A program made the translations under genes and the position numbers. The notes under the pieces are model-generated. The model saw nothing but the letters and a program-made list of their open reading frames with translations, searched no databases and was not told where the DNA came from. From Blastocatellia bacterium (lineage in GTDB: Bacteria > Acidobacteriota > Blastocatellia > UBA7656), in NCBI GenBank assembly GCA_963765495.1, contig CAVXWP010000016.1, forward strand, positions 320,001 through 384,000: a stretch of DNA of 64,000 bases, written 5' to 3'. Shown piece after piece: positions 31,188-40,626 of this stretch. The first letter of the stretch is position 1. Each line of letters starts with the position of its first letter.

Positions 31188-32426
31188 CTAACTCGTATAG
31201 ATTCGCGGCACGCGGTCGCTGATTGCACAGGTCACTTCATAAGAGATGGTTCCAATCTGCGCGGCGATATCTTCGACCGTGATCCGGTTTCGGCCGCGGC
31301 CGCCGATGATGATGACTTCATCGCCGGTCGCGGCATCCTGCACATCGGTAACATCAATTATCGTGAGGTCCATGCTGACCCGGCCCACAATGGGTGCGAA
31401 TTGATCTCGCACGATGACTCGACCGGCGTTTGAAAGCGCGCGGCTCAGCCCGTCGGCATAGCCGATGGGGATTGTCGCTATGCGGCTTTCGCGCTCGGTT
31501 ACAAAGGTGCAACCGTAACCGAGCGGAGTGCCCGTCGGCACGGTCTTTAAAAGCACTATGCGCGAGTGAAGCGACAGCACCCGACGCCAGTCCAGCGGCT
31601 CGATAGTCGGGTTGGTCGCGTCTCGCCACAATCCGTAAGTCACCCCTCCGAGTCTTACCATGTTACCGCGAGAGAGCGGATAGGCATGAGTTGCCGCGCT
31701 GTTCGCCTGATGAATCCACGCAGGCGTGTGCCCGCACGACCGCACCATCTCGACCGCTTCTTCAAATAGAGTCATCTGATGGCTTGTGAACTCGATTTTT
31801 GACGGCTCGTCGGCAGCAGAAAAATGTGTCATCACTCCGTCAAGCCTGAGATTTTTGAAGCCTGCTGCGCGATCAAGAAAGTCTCTTAGCTCGCGGAAAG
31901 GCACCCCAAGCCGCCCCATCCCCGTATCAATATTGAGGTGATAATCTGCGATGCAACCGGCGCGGCGCGCAGCAAGGTCGAAGCGTTCAAGCGGGTCGAT
32001 GCCGAAAATTGCAGGCGTGAGATTAAGGGCGACGAGCAAATCTTCCTGACCTTCCCAGAAATTTCCAAGACATAGTATGGAGATCTGAATCCCGGCCTCT
32101 CTGAGCGACGAGCCCTCTTCGGGCAATGCCACGCCAAACCACCGCGCGCCTTCGCGCTCAAGCGCAAGCGCGCACTCGCGTGCGCCGTGACCGTAGGCAT
32201 CGGCCTTCACAGCGGGCATGATGGCAACATCAGGGCCTACGGCCTCTCGCATCACGCGGAAGTTGTGAATGAGATTATCGAGATTGATTTCAGCCCACGT
32301 GGGACGACGACCGGAAAGGGATGAGGGATGAGGGATGAGGGATGAAAAAGAGGCTGGCGCGACAGCTTGATGAAAAGCGTCTCGCTGGTTATCGAATATT
32401 TTCTCAGAGTCCTTTTCATCCCTCAT
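31188..32426 (-). CDS. alr: Alanine racemase with a repeat-derived N-terminal extension
   Basis: RPTWAEINL, AVKADAYGHG, DTGMGRLG, ANSAA, PIGYADG, GRVSMD, TISYE. Confidence 0.95.
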   Translation of the reverse strand: MRDEKDSEKIFDNQRDAFHQAVAPASFSSLIPHPSSLSGRRPTWAEINLDNLIHNFRVMREAVGPDVAIMPAVKADAYGHGARECALALEREGARWFGVALPEEGSSLREAGIQISILCLGNFWEGQEDLLVALNLTPAIFGIDPLERFDLAARRAGCIADYHLNIDTGMGRLGVPFRELRDFLDRAAGFKNLRLDGVMTHFSAADEPSKIEFTSHQMTLFEEAVEMVRSCGHTPAWIHQANSAATHAYPLSRGNMVRLGGVTYGLWRDATNPTIEPLDWRRVLSLHSRIVLLKTVPTGTPLGYGCTFVTERESRIATIPIGYADGLSRALSNAGRVIVRDQFAPIVGRVSMDLTIIDVTDVQDAATGDEVIIIGGRGRNRITVEDIAAQIGTISYEVTCAISDRVPRIYTS

Positions 32427-32445
32427 CCCTCATCCCTCATCCCTT
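32316..32445. repeat. Heptamer-armed palindromic element, type B, overlapping the alr 5' end
   Basis: AA(GGGATGA)x4 AAAAG ... CAGAGTCCTTT (TCATCCC)x4 TT. Confidence 0.9.
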
Positions 32446-32448
32446 AAT

Positions 32449-35083
32449 TCATTCTCGCCACATGTTCTCGAATCTGGTGAACTCTTTGAGGAAGGCCATC
32501 TGCACCGTGCCCGTAGGCCCGTTGCGCTGCTTGCCGATAATCAGTTCTGCAATTCCGCGATTCTCTTCCGTTTGATTGTAGACCTCTTCGCGATAAATAA
32601 AGCAAACCACGTCGGCATCCTGCTCTATGCTGTTATGAGCGATAATATTATTTGCAATGAAATTATGAGAACCGGGCACCGTCAGGTCGTACACCTGGGC
32701 ATCCCCATCAGGTTCAATTGAAATGATTTGATCCCAGTACACGCCACTTTCTGCAAGGTTTGTTAACGGCTCGGACCCTACTACATTTGCAATGCGTGCG
32801 GCCCGCTCTCTGCTCACATTTTGCTTGTAAATCTGAGTGCCACAATAGGCAGTTTGAATGCCAGCCATTAGTTGTCGAGATGTGATGCCCACCTCTGACA
32901 TCGCCGGCTTAACGTAATACCCCCAAAATTCTTTAGGAATAATATCCCTATTGGTGTTACCGACACGGCCTTGAAGGTAGTGCAAAATGTCTGTTAATCC
33001 CTGGTTTTTATATTGGCCGACCGTGCCTATATTCTTGCAAAACTGCTCCAGATCGGGCTTGCCGGTCAAAGCAACGTGATATTGGTCTCGGCCTTTCCCC
33101 TTTTGGGGTCTGCGCCTCAGCCACGCATTAATTCCAAGTCTTAGTAATAACGTCTGAACGCCTATGGCAAGTATTTCGCTGCTCGAAGCATAGTAGACAG
33201 CCGGGCTACAATAACCGGGCACTAACCGTATGCAACCATCTGTAGTCCACAGATGACGCAGAAATAACGATATAGATGATTGTGGTTGCTGGAAAACCTT
33301 ATCAGGTATTTTCTTCTCATAAGACCTGAGTGCCCAGACTCGCAGATTTTCCAGCCAATCGGTAATTGCGCTATGAACATTGTGAGTGTGATGCCGGGTT
33401 GATGAAAGATAAACTTGATACCATGTGCGTTCTTGTTTGATGGTTGGCCGCACTTCGCTACCGAATACTTCGATTGCCAGAGATGCAACCATTTCAGCCA
33501 GGTCTCGCTCTCTGGTTGTATACTGGATTGCGTGGCGAGGAAGCGTGCACCCATCTCCAATCAAGTGGCCGAGCAAAGCAAGCTCTTCGTCAGACATGGA
33601 TTGTTGATAAGGGCTTTCAATTGCTCGCGGCACGGCTAACCTGTCCCCAATATTCAGATTATCCAGTTGCTTCCATCCACCAAGGGTTCGGAATTTGTGA
33701 TTAGCCGTAGCCCGTATTGAGCGTCCAAGTCGTGTCGTCAGTCTAAAGACTGGTTTTATCCCTGTCGAGAATGCGCGGCTGACAAAGGCTTGTTCCAACT
33801 TCATATTTTCTTCGTTCAACGCCCAGACATAAAAGCTGGACTGCCCCTCCAACTCACAAATGGGCACTTGCCTGCCGGAGTCTGCCATCGTTATAAGACT
33901 CTCTCCTGCAAGGCACCCGCTTTCGCGTAAGTCGCTCAGTTGCGGGCGGTGATCGCTACGCATTTCGGGAGCGCGCGATAACTGCGAAAGCGCAATTACC
34001 GGCACGTCCAGTTCTTTTGCAAGTCCCTTGAGGTCGCGCGAAATCTGAGATACTTCCTGCTGCCGGGATTCATTGCGGCCCCGACCCGACATCAATTGCA
34101 GATAGTCCACTATCAGCAAATCCATCCCGTGTTCGGCCTTGAGGCGGCGGCATTTGGCGCGCATCTCCAGCACGCTCACGGCCGGTGTGTCGTCTATGAA
34201 GACCTGCGTCTCGCACAACCGGCGCAAAGCATCGGCAAGCCTGGCCCATTCTTCGCGGTTGAGGTATCCGGTGCGGAGACGATGCGCATCGACTCTCGCT
34301 TCGGAGCAAAGCAGGCGCGATACGAGTTGTTCTGCCGACATCTCAAGGCTGAAGATGCCTACGGTGTTGCCGTTCTTGGCCGCGTACTGCGCCATATTTA
34401 GCGCCAGCGCGGTTAAAATATTTGCCCTGCGACGGGCGGGCAGCGATTATGACTAGGTCCTGGCGCTGCAAGCCCGATGTCATCTGATCGAAATCGGTAA
34501 ACCCGGAAGGGACCCCGGTAATCATCTCAGGCCGACCGGCCATCTGTTCGATCTGTTCAAGCCGGCGCTGGGCTACATCGCCGATATATTGAAAGCCCTG
34601 CCGCACTCGGTCTTCGGCTATCTGAAAAATCATCTGCTCGGCTTCGTCTATGATGATCTCGGGGTCGTCTTCGTCTTCAAAGCAGCGAGCGATGATCTGA
34701 TTGGATGAGGTGATGAGACGGCGCAACATCGCCTTCGCTTTGACGATCTTGGCGTAGTGCTCGATAGTGTCGGTGCGCGGCACTCCGTCAATCAACGACG
34801 CGATGTAGGTTGCGCCGCCCACCTGCTCGAACTCGCTTGCGCGGCGGAGTTCATCGGTCAGGGTGATCAGGTCTATGGGCGCGCCGCGCTCGGTAAGCGC
34901 AACCATCTTCTCGAATATACGGCGGTGCGAATCGAGAAAAAATTCATCGCGCCGCATCAACTCGATAGCCTGGTTGCAGACGGCGTTGTCGAGCAGTATA
35001 GCGCCCAGTATCGAACGCTCTGCTTCGATATTTGAGGGAAGCCCCTTTTCAAGAAAGGGGTCGCCTGAGGCTGGTCGCGTCAT
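32449..35083 (-). CDS. dnaB: Replicative helicase DnaB with intein; reading frame broken by a 7-nt insertion at about 34414-34420
   Basis: [60 protein letters not shown]|SIEQDAD, KQRNGP. Confidence 0.93.
32632..33915 (-). mobile_element. DnaB intein (428 aa) with LAGLIDADG homing endonuclease
   Basis: Starts CLAGES after RESG, ends IIAHN before Ser; ATANHKF block B; LLGHLIGDG and [10 protein letters not shown]; lower GC than the extein. Confidence 0.96.
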
Positions 35084-35189
35084 TGCCCTGACACCTGTTA
35101 TTGTCGCGAATTTCTATCGCGCCTGATCGTGGTTTATTTGCTGGCTCGTTACGCGCGATTTCCGGGATCGGACTCAAAAAAGACGACTC

Positions 35190-35230
35190 AAAAAAGATGC
35201 GGAACGCTGCGTCCTCAGCATTCCGCACCC
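35190..35230 (-). terminator. Intrinsic terminator downstream of rplI
   Basis: Minus strand GGTGCGGAATGCTG..CAGCGTTCCGCATC followed by TTTTTT. Confidence 0.7.
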
Positions 35231-35342
35231 GATGATACCAAACACCTGCGCGCCCGTCTAGCGCGTCATGAAATCAAGCCCGCAGACGAGAGAAACCCGG
35301 CCTGTCCGCGCGACGCCTGACCCTCTGCGCTCAGGTTTAAAC

Positions 35343-35984
35343 TTACGCTTCTTCTGTTTCAGTCTCAGGTTCGGCTTCCGAGGAAGCCGATTCTTCTTCT
35401 GCCGATTCTACGGCGGCAGGCTCTTCTTCTGCCGCCTCTGCCGCGCTGGATTCGGCTGCAGGAGCCGTTTCTACGGCCTCTGCCGTCTCTTCTGCGGCGG
35501 ACGTCTCTTCGATTTTCGGCTCGTCAGGCGCGCCTTCTTTGCGCACCAGAACCTTTATCGTAGGGCTGACCTCGCGGTGCAGCTTTATCACGACCTCATA
35601 GTCTCCGATCTCTTTTATATGATCGGAAAGACCTATGCGACGGCGCTCCACTTCAAAGCCTCGTTCCTTGAGCGCCTCGGCAATATCGAGCACCGTGACC
35701 GAGCCGTAAAGCATGCCGTGATCGCCCACGCGGCGGTCGAATCTGAGCCTGAGCCCCTCGAGTTGATCGGCCTGGCCCCGGGCTGAATCGCGTTCGCGAT
35801 CCTCCTGTTTGGCCAGCACCCGCTTCTGCTCTTCGATCATCCGCTTGTTGCCCGGGGTGGCTTCAATCGCAAGCCCCTGCGGTAAAAGATAGTTTCGGCC
35901 GTAGCCTGTTCGCACTCGCACCACATCGCCTCTCTGGCCCAGGTGCTCTACATCTGATTTAAGCAATACATCCATGTGTGCCAT
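35343..35984 (-). CDS. rplI: 50S ribosomal protein L9 with acidic tail
   Basis: LGQRGDVVRVRTGYGRNYLLPQG, LYGSVT. Confidence 0.97.
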   Translation of the reverse strand: MAHMDVLLKSDVEHLGQRGDVVRVRTGYGRNYLLPQGLAIEATPGNKRMIEEQKRVLAKQEDRERDSARGQADQLEGLRLRFDRRVGDHGMLYGSVTVLDIAEALKERGFEVERRRIGLSDHIKEIGDYEVVIKLHREVSPTIKVLVRKEGAPDEPKIEETSAAEETAEAVETAPAAESSAAEAAEEEPAAVESAEEESASSEAEPETETEEA

Positions 35985-36000
35985 TGATAAATCCCCTCTT

Positions 36001-36100
36001 GATTTTAGATTTTTGATTTTGGATTAAAAAGGCTGACCGTTCAGATCGCCTCACCATACATCATCGGTAATCTAAAATCCAAAATCAAAAATCTAAAATC
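36001..36100. repeat. Heptamer-armed palindromic element, type C (GATTTTN)
   Basis: GATTTTAGATTTTTGATTTTGGATT and its exact 25-bp reverse complement at 36076-36100. Confidence 0.9.
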
Positions 36101-36102
36101 GT

Positions 36103-36375
36103 TTAGTCTGTCGCAAACGGCAAGAACGCTGCGTTTCGCGCGCGCTTGATCGCAGTGGCAAGCATCCTCTGATGAGGAGCGCAGGTGCCCGATATTCTCC
36201 GGGGCAGAATCTTGCCTCTTTCGGGAATATAGTTTGACAGCAATCTTGCGTCCTTGTAGTCGATGTAGTCCACCTGATCGGCGCAGAATCGGCACGATTT
36301 ACGGGCACGCACATAACGACGCCCGCCTCCACGGTTTCTGCCGCGTCCCTCATCTCTGTCTCTATCGCTGCTCAT
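36103..36375 (-). CDS. rpsR: 30S ribosomal protein S18
   Basis: [25 protein letters not shown]. Confidence 0.97.
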   Translation of the reverse strand: MSSDRDRDEGRGRNRGGGRRYVRARKSCRFCADQVDYIDYKDARLLSNYIPERGKILPRRISGTCAPHQRMLATAIKRARNAAFLPFATD

Positions 36376-36794
36376 AACTCTTCTTCCTCCTCGTCACTTT
36401 CATCCTCTTCTACATTGGCGATCTGCTCTTGTCGGGAGCGGGGTCTGGGCGTTCCGGCAGAGGCTCGCGCAGCCCTCCGCGCTTTGAACTTGTCGGCGCG
36501 CTTGAGGTCTTCATCTATGCGGATCGTTATATAGCGGATGACCGCATCGGTCACGCGCATGCGGCGCTCTATCTCGGCAATCTCGCTGCCAGTGCCCTCG
36601 ATAGTGAGTACTACGTAATAGCCTTCGGTGAATTTTTGAATCGGGTAGGCGAGGCGGCGGCGGCCTATTCGGTCAGTCTTGACGATCTGAGCGCCCTGAT
36701 TGGTTGCAATATCGCTCATCTGATTGATGAGCGCTTCAAGGTCGCTCTCCTCTGTATTGGGAGCGACAATAAACAGCACTTCATAAACTCTCAT
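36372..36794 (-). CDS. rpsF: 30S ribosomal protein S6
   Basis: [18 protein letters not shown]; RBS AGGAGG. Confidence 0.96.
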   Translation of the reverse strand: MRVYEVLFIVAPNTEESDLEALINQMSDIATNQGAQIVKTDRIGRRRLAYPIQKFTEGYYVVLTIEGTGSEIAEIERRMRVTDAVIRYITIRIDEDLKRADKFKARRAARASAGTPRPRSRQEQIANVEEDESDEEEEEL

Positions 36795-36799
36795 CTGAG

Positions 36800-36892
36800 A
36801 GGTTTCCTCCTTTTGGATTAACTTTGCTCGCCTGCCGCAGGGCAGGCGATGCTCGTGTTTAGCCCTGGCATAAGTACCAGAGCAAGGAGGGT
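36800..36892 (-). promoter_or_regulatory. Structured rpsF leader (possible S6:S18 autoregulatory RNA)
   Basis: CTCCTTGCTC...GAGCAAAG..AAGGAG pairing could sequester the RBS; inner hairpin CGCCTGCC/GGCAGGCG. Confidence 0.45.
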
Positions 36893-36921
36893 TCACTATA
36901 GAACCCCTTGGCAAAGATCAA

Positions 36922-37015
36922 GAGTGATACGTAATGCGTGATACGTGATTCACCTGACTTGCAAGTTGCTCGCTGAAAGTCCAAATCACGAATCACTCTT
37001 TACGAATCACTCTTC
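36922..37015. repeat. Heptamer-armed palindromic element, core type A (partly deleted)
   Basis: GTGATAC GTAATGC GTGATAC GTGATT, core CTGACTTGCAAGTTG..CTGAAAG, then TCACGAA TCACTCT TTACGAA TCACTCT. Confidence 0.85.
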
Positions 37016-37597
37016 GCTCGTCATCGTCTTTATGCGCTCGTTGAAGAGCGCCATCGCGCGTTCGGTGCCTTCGGTAAGCACGACCTCTACCGCATCGGCG
37101 GCCCGCTCAAGCATCTCGTTGAGCGTATCGCGGTCGCGCTTCGGTATTGGCGAAAGCACAAAATCCGACAGATCGCTCACGGGATGATCGGGCCCTACGC
37201 CAAGCCTTATGCGGGCAAAATCCTGAGAGCCAAGCCGGGCGATGATTGATTTCAAGCCCTTCTGCCCCCCGGCGCTCCCGCCCGGGCGCACCCTGATCAT
37301 GCCTAAAGGCAACGCGACATCATCGCTTGCGACGATCAGGTTTTGCTTCTCGCCTTCGCCGTAGCGCTCAAGCAGAGGACGGACGGCATCGCCGCTCAGA
37401 TTCATAAAAGTCTGCGGCTTGACGAGCATCACGCGCTCGCCTGTCAGGCTGACTTCCGCAACCAGAGCGTTCGCCTGCTCGCGAAACCGATGTCCCCCCG
37501 CGCGATTAAACAGTGTGTCAATGAGCATGAACCCGAGATTGTGGCGCGTCGCCTCGTATTCCCTTCCCGGATTCCCAAGCCCAACTATGAGTTTCAT
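37007..37597 (-). CDS. pth: Peptidyl-tRNA hydrolase
   Basis: LIVGLGNPG, TRHNLG, KPQTFMNLSG. Confidence 0.97.
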   Translation of the reverse strand: MKLIVGLGNPGREYEATRHNLGFMLIDTLFNRAGGHRFREQANALVAEVSLTGERVMLVKPQTFMNLSGDAVRPLLERYGEGEKQNLIVASDDVALPLGMIRVRPGGSAGGQKGLKSIIARLGSQDFARIRLGVGPDHPVSDLSDFVLSPIPKRDRDTLNEMLERAADAVEVVLTEGTERAMALFNERIKTMTSEE

Positions 37598-37604
37598 ACA
37601 TCAA

Positions 37605-37668
37605 GTGATTCGTGACGCGTGATTCGTGATGCCTGTCTGATAGTCACGAATCACGCGTCACGAATCAC
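37605..37668. repeat. Heptamer-armed palindromic element, minimal type A
   Basis: Perfect 25-bp inverted repeat GTGATTCGTGACGCGTGATTCGTGA around TGCCTGTCTGATAG. Confidence 0.92.
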
Positions 37669-37671
37669 GCA

Positions 37672-38331
37672 CTACTCTTCTTTAGACTTCGTGATCACTT
37701 CGGGCTCTACAGTCTCGCCCGTTTCAGGTAGTGCGGTCGTGGCAGCCTCTTCGGCCTTACGCGCCATCAGCACGCCCGCGATAATGACATCCTCATTTGT
37801 GAGCACGGTTATCTTATCGCGATCATACTCCAGGTCGGCCACCCTGACGTGATCGCCTATGTGAAGCTTCGACACATCAACCTTTATGTGATCGGGTATA
37901 TCCCCGGGCAGACATTCCACTTCGAGTTCGCGCATCTGCACGTCGAGCAGGCCGCCTTCCAGCCTGACGCCTTCGGGATCGCCTACGATCTCGACGGGCA
38001 CATTCACCTGCGTAACGGTCGTCATCGACAGCCGCTTGAGGTCTATGTGCAACAGACGTCCCCTGACGGGATCAACCTGCCAGTCCTTTATGATCACGTT
38101 TGCAGAGTCGCCGCCTTCACCGGCTCCATCGAAGGCGAGCTTGAATATCGTGTTGTGTCCGGCCTCAGAACGCAGTATCGCACCAACCTCTTTTGCGTTG
38201 ACCGCTACTGCTACCGGCTCTGTGTTCTCGCCATAGACCGAGGCGGGAATCATTCCCTGCGCGCGCAGGCGTCGCGAGTGGCCCTTGCCCAGTCCCTCGC
38301 GCAACCTTGCATTAAGTGTTAAATCGTTCAT
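37672..38331 (-). CDS. rplY: 50S ribosomal protein L25/Ctc
   Basis: RRLRAQGMIPASVYG, QVDPV...HID, CLPGDIP. Confidence 0.96.
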   Translation of the reverse strand: MNDLTLNARLREGLGKGHSRRLRAQGMIPASVYGENTEPVAVAVNAKEVGAILRSEAGHNTIFKLAFDGAGEGGDSANVIIKDWQVDPVRGRLLHIDLKRLSMTTVTQVNVPVEIVGDPEGVRLEGGLLDVQMRELEVECLPGDIPDHIKVDVSKLHIGDHVRVADLEYDRDKITVLTNEDVIIAGVLMARKAEEAATTALPETGETVEPEVITKSKEE

Positions 38332-38408
38332 CCTTCACAACTCCTATATCAGGGACTGTCTGTGATCTCAAAATAGAGATTTGAAAGTTAAGACCGCGTC
38401 CCAAATCA

Positions 38409-39359
38409 TCATATAAATAACTTGCTGACCGAAGTCTCGTCGTGTATCGAGCTAATGGCATCGCCCAGAATTCCCGCCACACTCAAACACCTCACCTTGG
38501 CCGAGCGACATGAATTCTCGGACGGTATCGTATTGGTCACGACCACCTCCTGAATCGGCGAGGCCTCTATTCGCTCGACTGCCGGGCCGCTAAAGACCGC
38601 GTGCGTGGCCGAGGCATAAACGGTCTCCGCGCCGTTGCGCTTGAGCGCCTCGCCTGCCTTTACCAGTGTCCCGGCCGTGTCAATCATATCGTCAATTATG
38701 AGCGCCGTGCGCCCTTCAACATCTCCTACTACGTGCAGCACCTCAACTTCGCCAAGCCGGTCATAATCGCGTCGTTTATCAATGATCGCAAGCTCTGCGT
38801 CAAGCCGTTTGGCGTAAGCGCGAGCGCGTTCGACGCCTCCCGCGTCGGGTGCGACCACGGTCAGATTTGGCAATTGCAGGCTCTGAAAATATCCTACCAG
38901 CACGGGCGCGGCAAACAGATGGTCGGCCGGTATATCAAAGAATCCCTGTATCTGCCCGGCGTGCAGATCGAACAGAAGCACGCGATCGGCTCCCGCGTGC
39001 GAGATCAGGTTCGCAACGAGCTTGGCCGTTATCGGCACTCTCGGTTTGTCTTTGCGATCCTTGCGCGCATACCCATAGTAAGGTATTACCGCCGTTATGC
39101 GCTTGGCCGACGAGCGCCGGAATGCATCGAGCATGATGAGAAGTTCCATCAGGTTCGTGTCGACCGGCGGACAGGTGGGTTGCACCAGAAAACAATCCTT
39201 GCCGCGCACGTTCTCCAGTATCTGAAAGTTGAATTCGCCGTCGGAGAACTTTGAAACATTGGCCTTGCCTACTTCGATCCTCAGATGCTGGCAGATCTCT
39301 TCAGCGAGCACTCGATTAGCGTTTCCTGAAAAGACCCTTAGATTCACGTTGCCCTCCAA
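38409..39359 (-). CDS. prs: Ribose-phosphate pyrophosphokinase
   Basis: FSDGE, PYYGYAR, DLHAGQIQGFF, PDAGGVERA, DDMIDTAGT. Confidence 0.98.
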   Translation of the reverse strand: MEGNVNLRVFSGNANRVLAEEICQHLRIEVGKANVSKFSDGEFNFQILENVRGKDCFLVQPTCPPVDTNLMELLIMLDAFRRSSAKRITAVIPYYGYARKDRKDKPRVPITAKLVANLISHAGADRVLLFDLHAGQIQGFFDIPADHLFAAPVLVGYFQSLQLPNLTVVAPDAGGVERARAYAKRLDAELAIIDKRRDYDRLGEVEVLHVVGDVEGRTALIIDDMIDTAGTLVKAGEALKRNGAETVYASATHAVFSGPAVERIEASPIQEVVVTNTIPSENSCRSAKVRCLSVAGILGDAISSIHDETSVSKLFI

Positions 39360-39408
39360 AAGTTATAAACAACACGTGACAAGCGATTTCTTGCCCTGTC
39401 ATTTTTAC

Positions 39409-39483
<75 letters not shown>

Positions 39484-39650
39484 GCATACGGACCTGCGGC
39501 GCAGCGAAATGCCCTTAAGGTCAGTCCGCTCCACGCCGCGCTTTCGATTTAGTTTGATTATACTTGATCGAAACTGGTAATTCACCCAAATGTAGGTGAG
39601 GTTGGTTCTCACATCCGGCACTCGGGGTGCGCCTCCCTGCCGACAGCCCC

Positions 39651-40538
39651 TTAACCAAAGAGAGTTTCCAGATACTGTCGCCGGTCAACGGTTCGCACAC
39701 GCTCGGCCCAGACGCCGCTTGCGCGCATTTCTGATAGCGCTCGCTCGCTCGCTTCCAGGTTGTCAAAGACCCCATAAACAGTTGCGCCGCTGCCGGACAT
39801 CAGTGCGTGTTTCGCGCCCAGTCTCAGGAGCCTGCGCTTGACTTCCGCTATTTCCGGGTTCGCATCCAGGATGACCATTTCCAGGTCGTTGCTCGCCACA
39901 AGCGGTAGCCCACAGATGCCTTTAGCGGCCAGTAGAGTAAAGGGTATGATACGGGGAGCCTCTGCCCTTGTCAACCGTGAAAGTTTTCCGTATGCGGCCC
40001 CTGTAGAGACCTCTGATCCGGGGTTTGCCAGCAGCAAATATTCCCAACAAACCTCTTCCAAGGGGTAGACCTCTTCGCCGCGCCCGATTCCGAGCGCCGT
40101 CCCTCCCGTGAGAAAGAAAGGAACATCCGACCCGAGGCTCGCCGCGATTTGAATAAGCTCCCGGTCGCCCGGTTCGATTTGCCACAAACGCGCAAGCCCG
40201 AGAAGCGTGATTGCGGCATTCGACGACCCGCCGCCAAGCCCACCCGATACCGGTATGCGTTTATCAATCTCGATACGCACGCCCGTCTTTTTCCCCGTAA
40301 TCTCGCGCAACATCTCTGCCGCTTTATAAGCAAGATTGGTTTCATCGGTCGGCACTCTCGGATCATCGCAGACGATCTCAATCCGCGCCCCGGTTTCGCT
40401 TATACGAAGTTGATCGTAGAGAGAGACGGTTTGATATATTGTGCGAAGCTCGTGAAAGCCGTCCTCCCGGCGAAACAATACATCGAGAGTCCAGTTGATC
40501 TTTGCGTAGGATTTGACGCGAATTGAAGGAGCCATCAA
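39651..40538 (-). CDS. ispE: 4-diphosphocytidyl-2-C-methyl-D-erythritol kinase
   Basis: AKINWTL, IPVSGGLGGGSSNAA, GSDVPF, MSGSG. Confidence 0.96.
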   Translation of the reverse strand: MMAPSIRVKSYAKINWTLDVLFRREDGFHELRTIYQTVSLYDQLRISETGARIEIVCDDPRVPTDETNLAYKAAEMLREITGKKTGVRIEIDKRIPVSGGLGGGSSNAAITLLGLARLWQIEPGDRELIQIAASLGSDVPFFLTGGTALGIGRGEEVYPLEEVCWEYLLLANPGSEVSTGAAYGKLSRLTRAEAPRIIPFTLLAAKGICGLPLVASNDLEMVILDANPEIAEVKRRLLRLGAKHALMSGSGATVYGVFDNLEASERALSEMRASGVWAERVRTVDRRQYLETLFG

Positions 40539-40552
40539 AACAGCCGCGCGAC

Positions 40553-40590
40553 TTTGATTATCATGATTTTGATTATCATGATTTCGATCC
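40553..40590. repeat. Short tandem repeat of self-complementary (TTTGATTATCATGA) units
   Basis: Seen directly upstream of ispE. Confidence 0.55.
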
Positions 40591-40626
40591 GTGATATTTT
40601 CCTGCGCCGCATCGAGAGAGAAATTC

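Noticed and set aside
35343-35520. Acidic Ala/Glu-rich tail of L9
   Set aside because: Low-complexity tails on L9, S6 and L25 are common.
36795-36914. N-terminal extension of rpsF in the ORF track
   Set aside because: A strong RBS precedes ATG 36794; the upstream part is leader.
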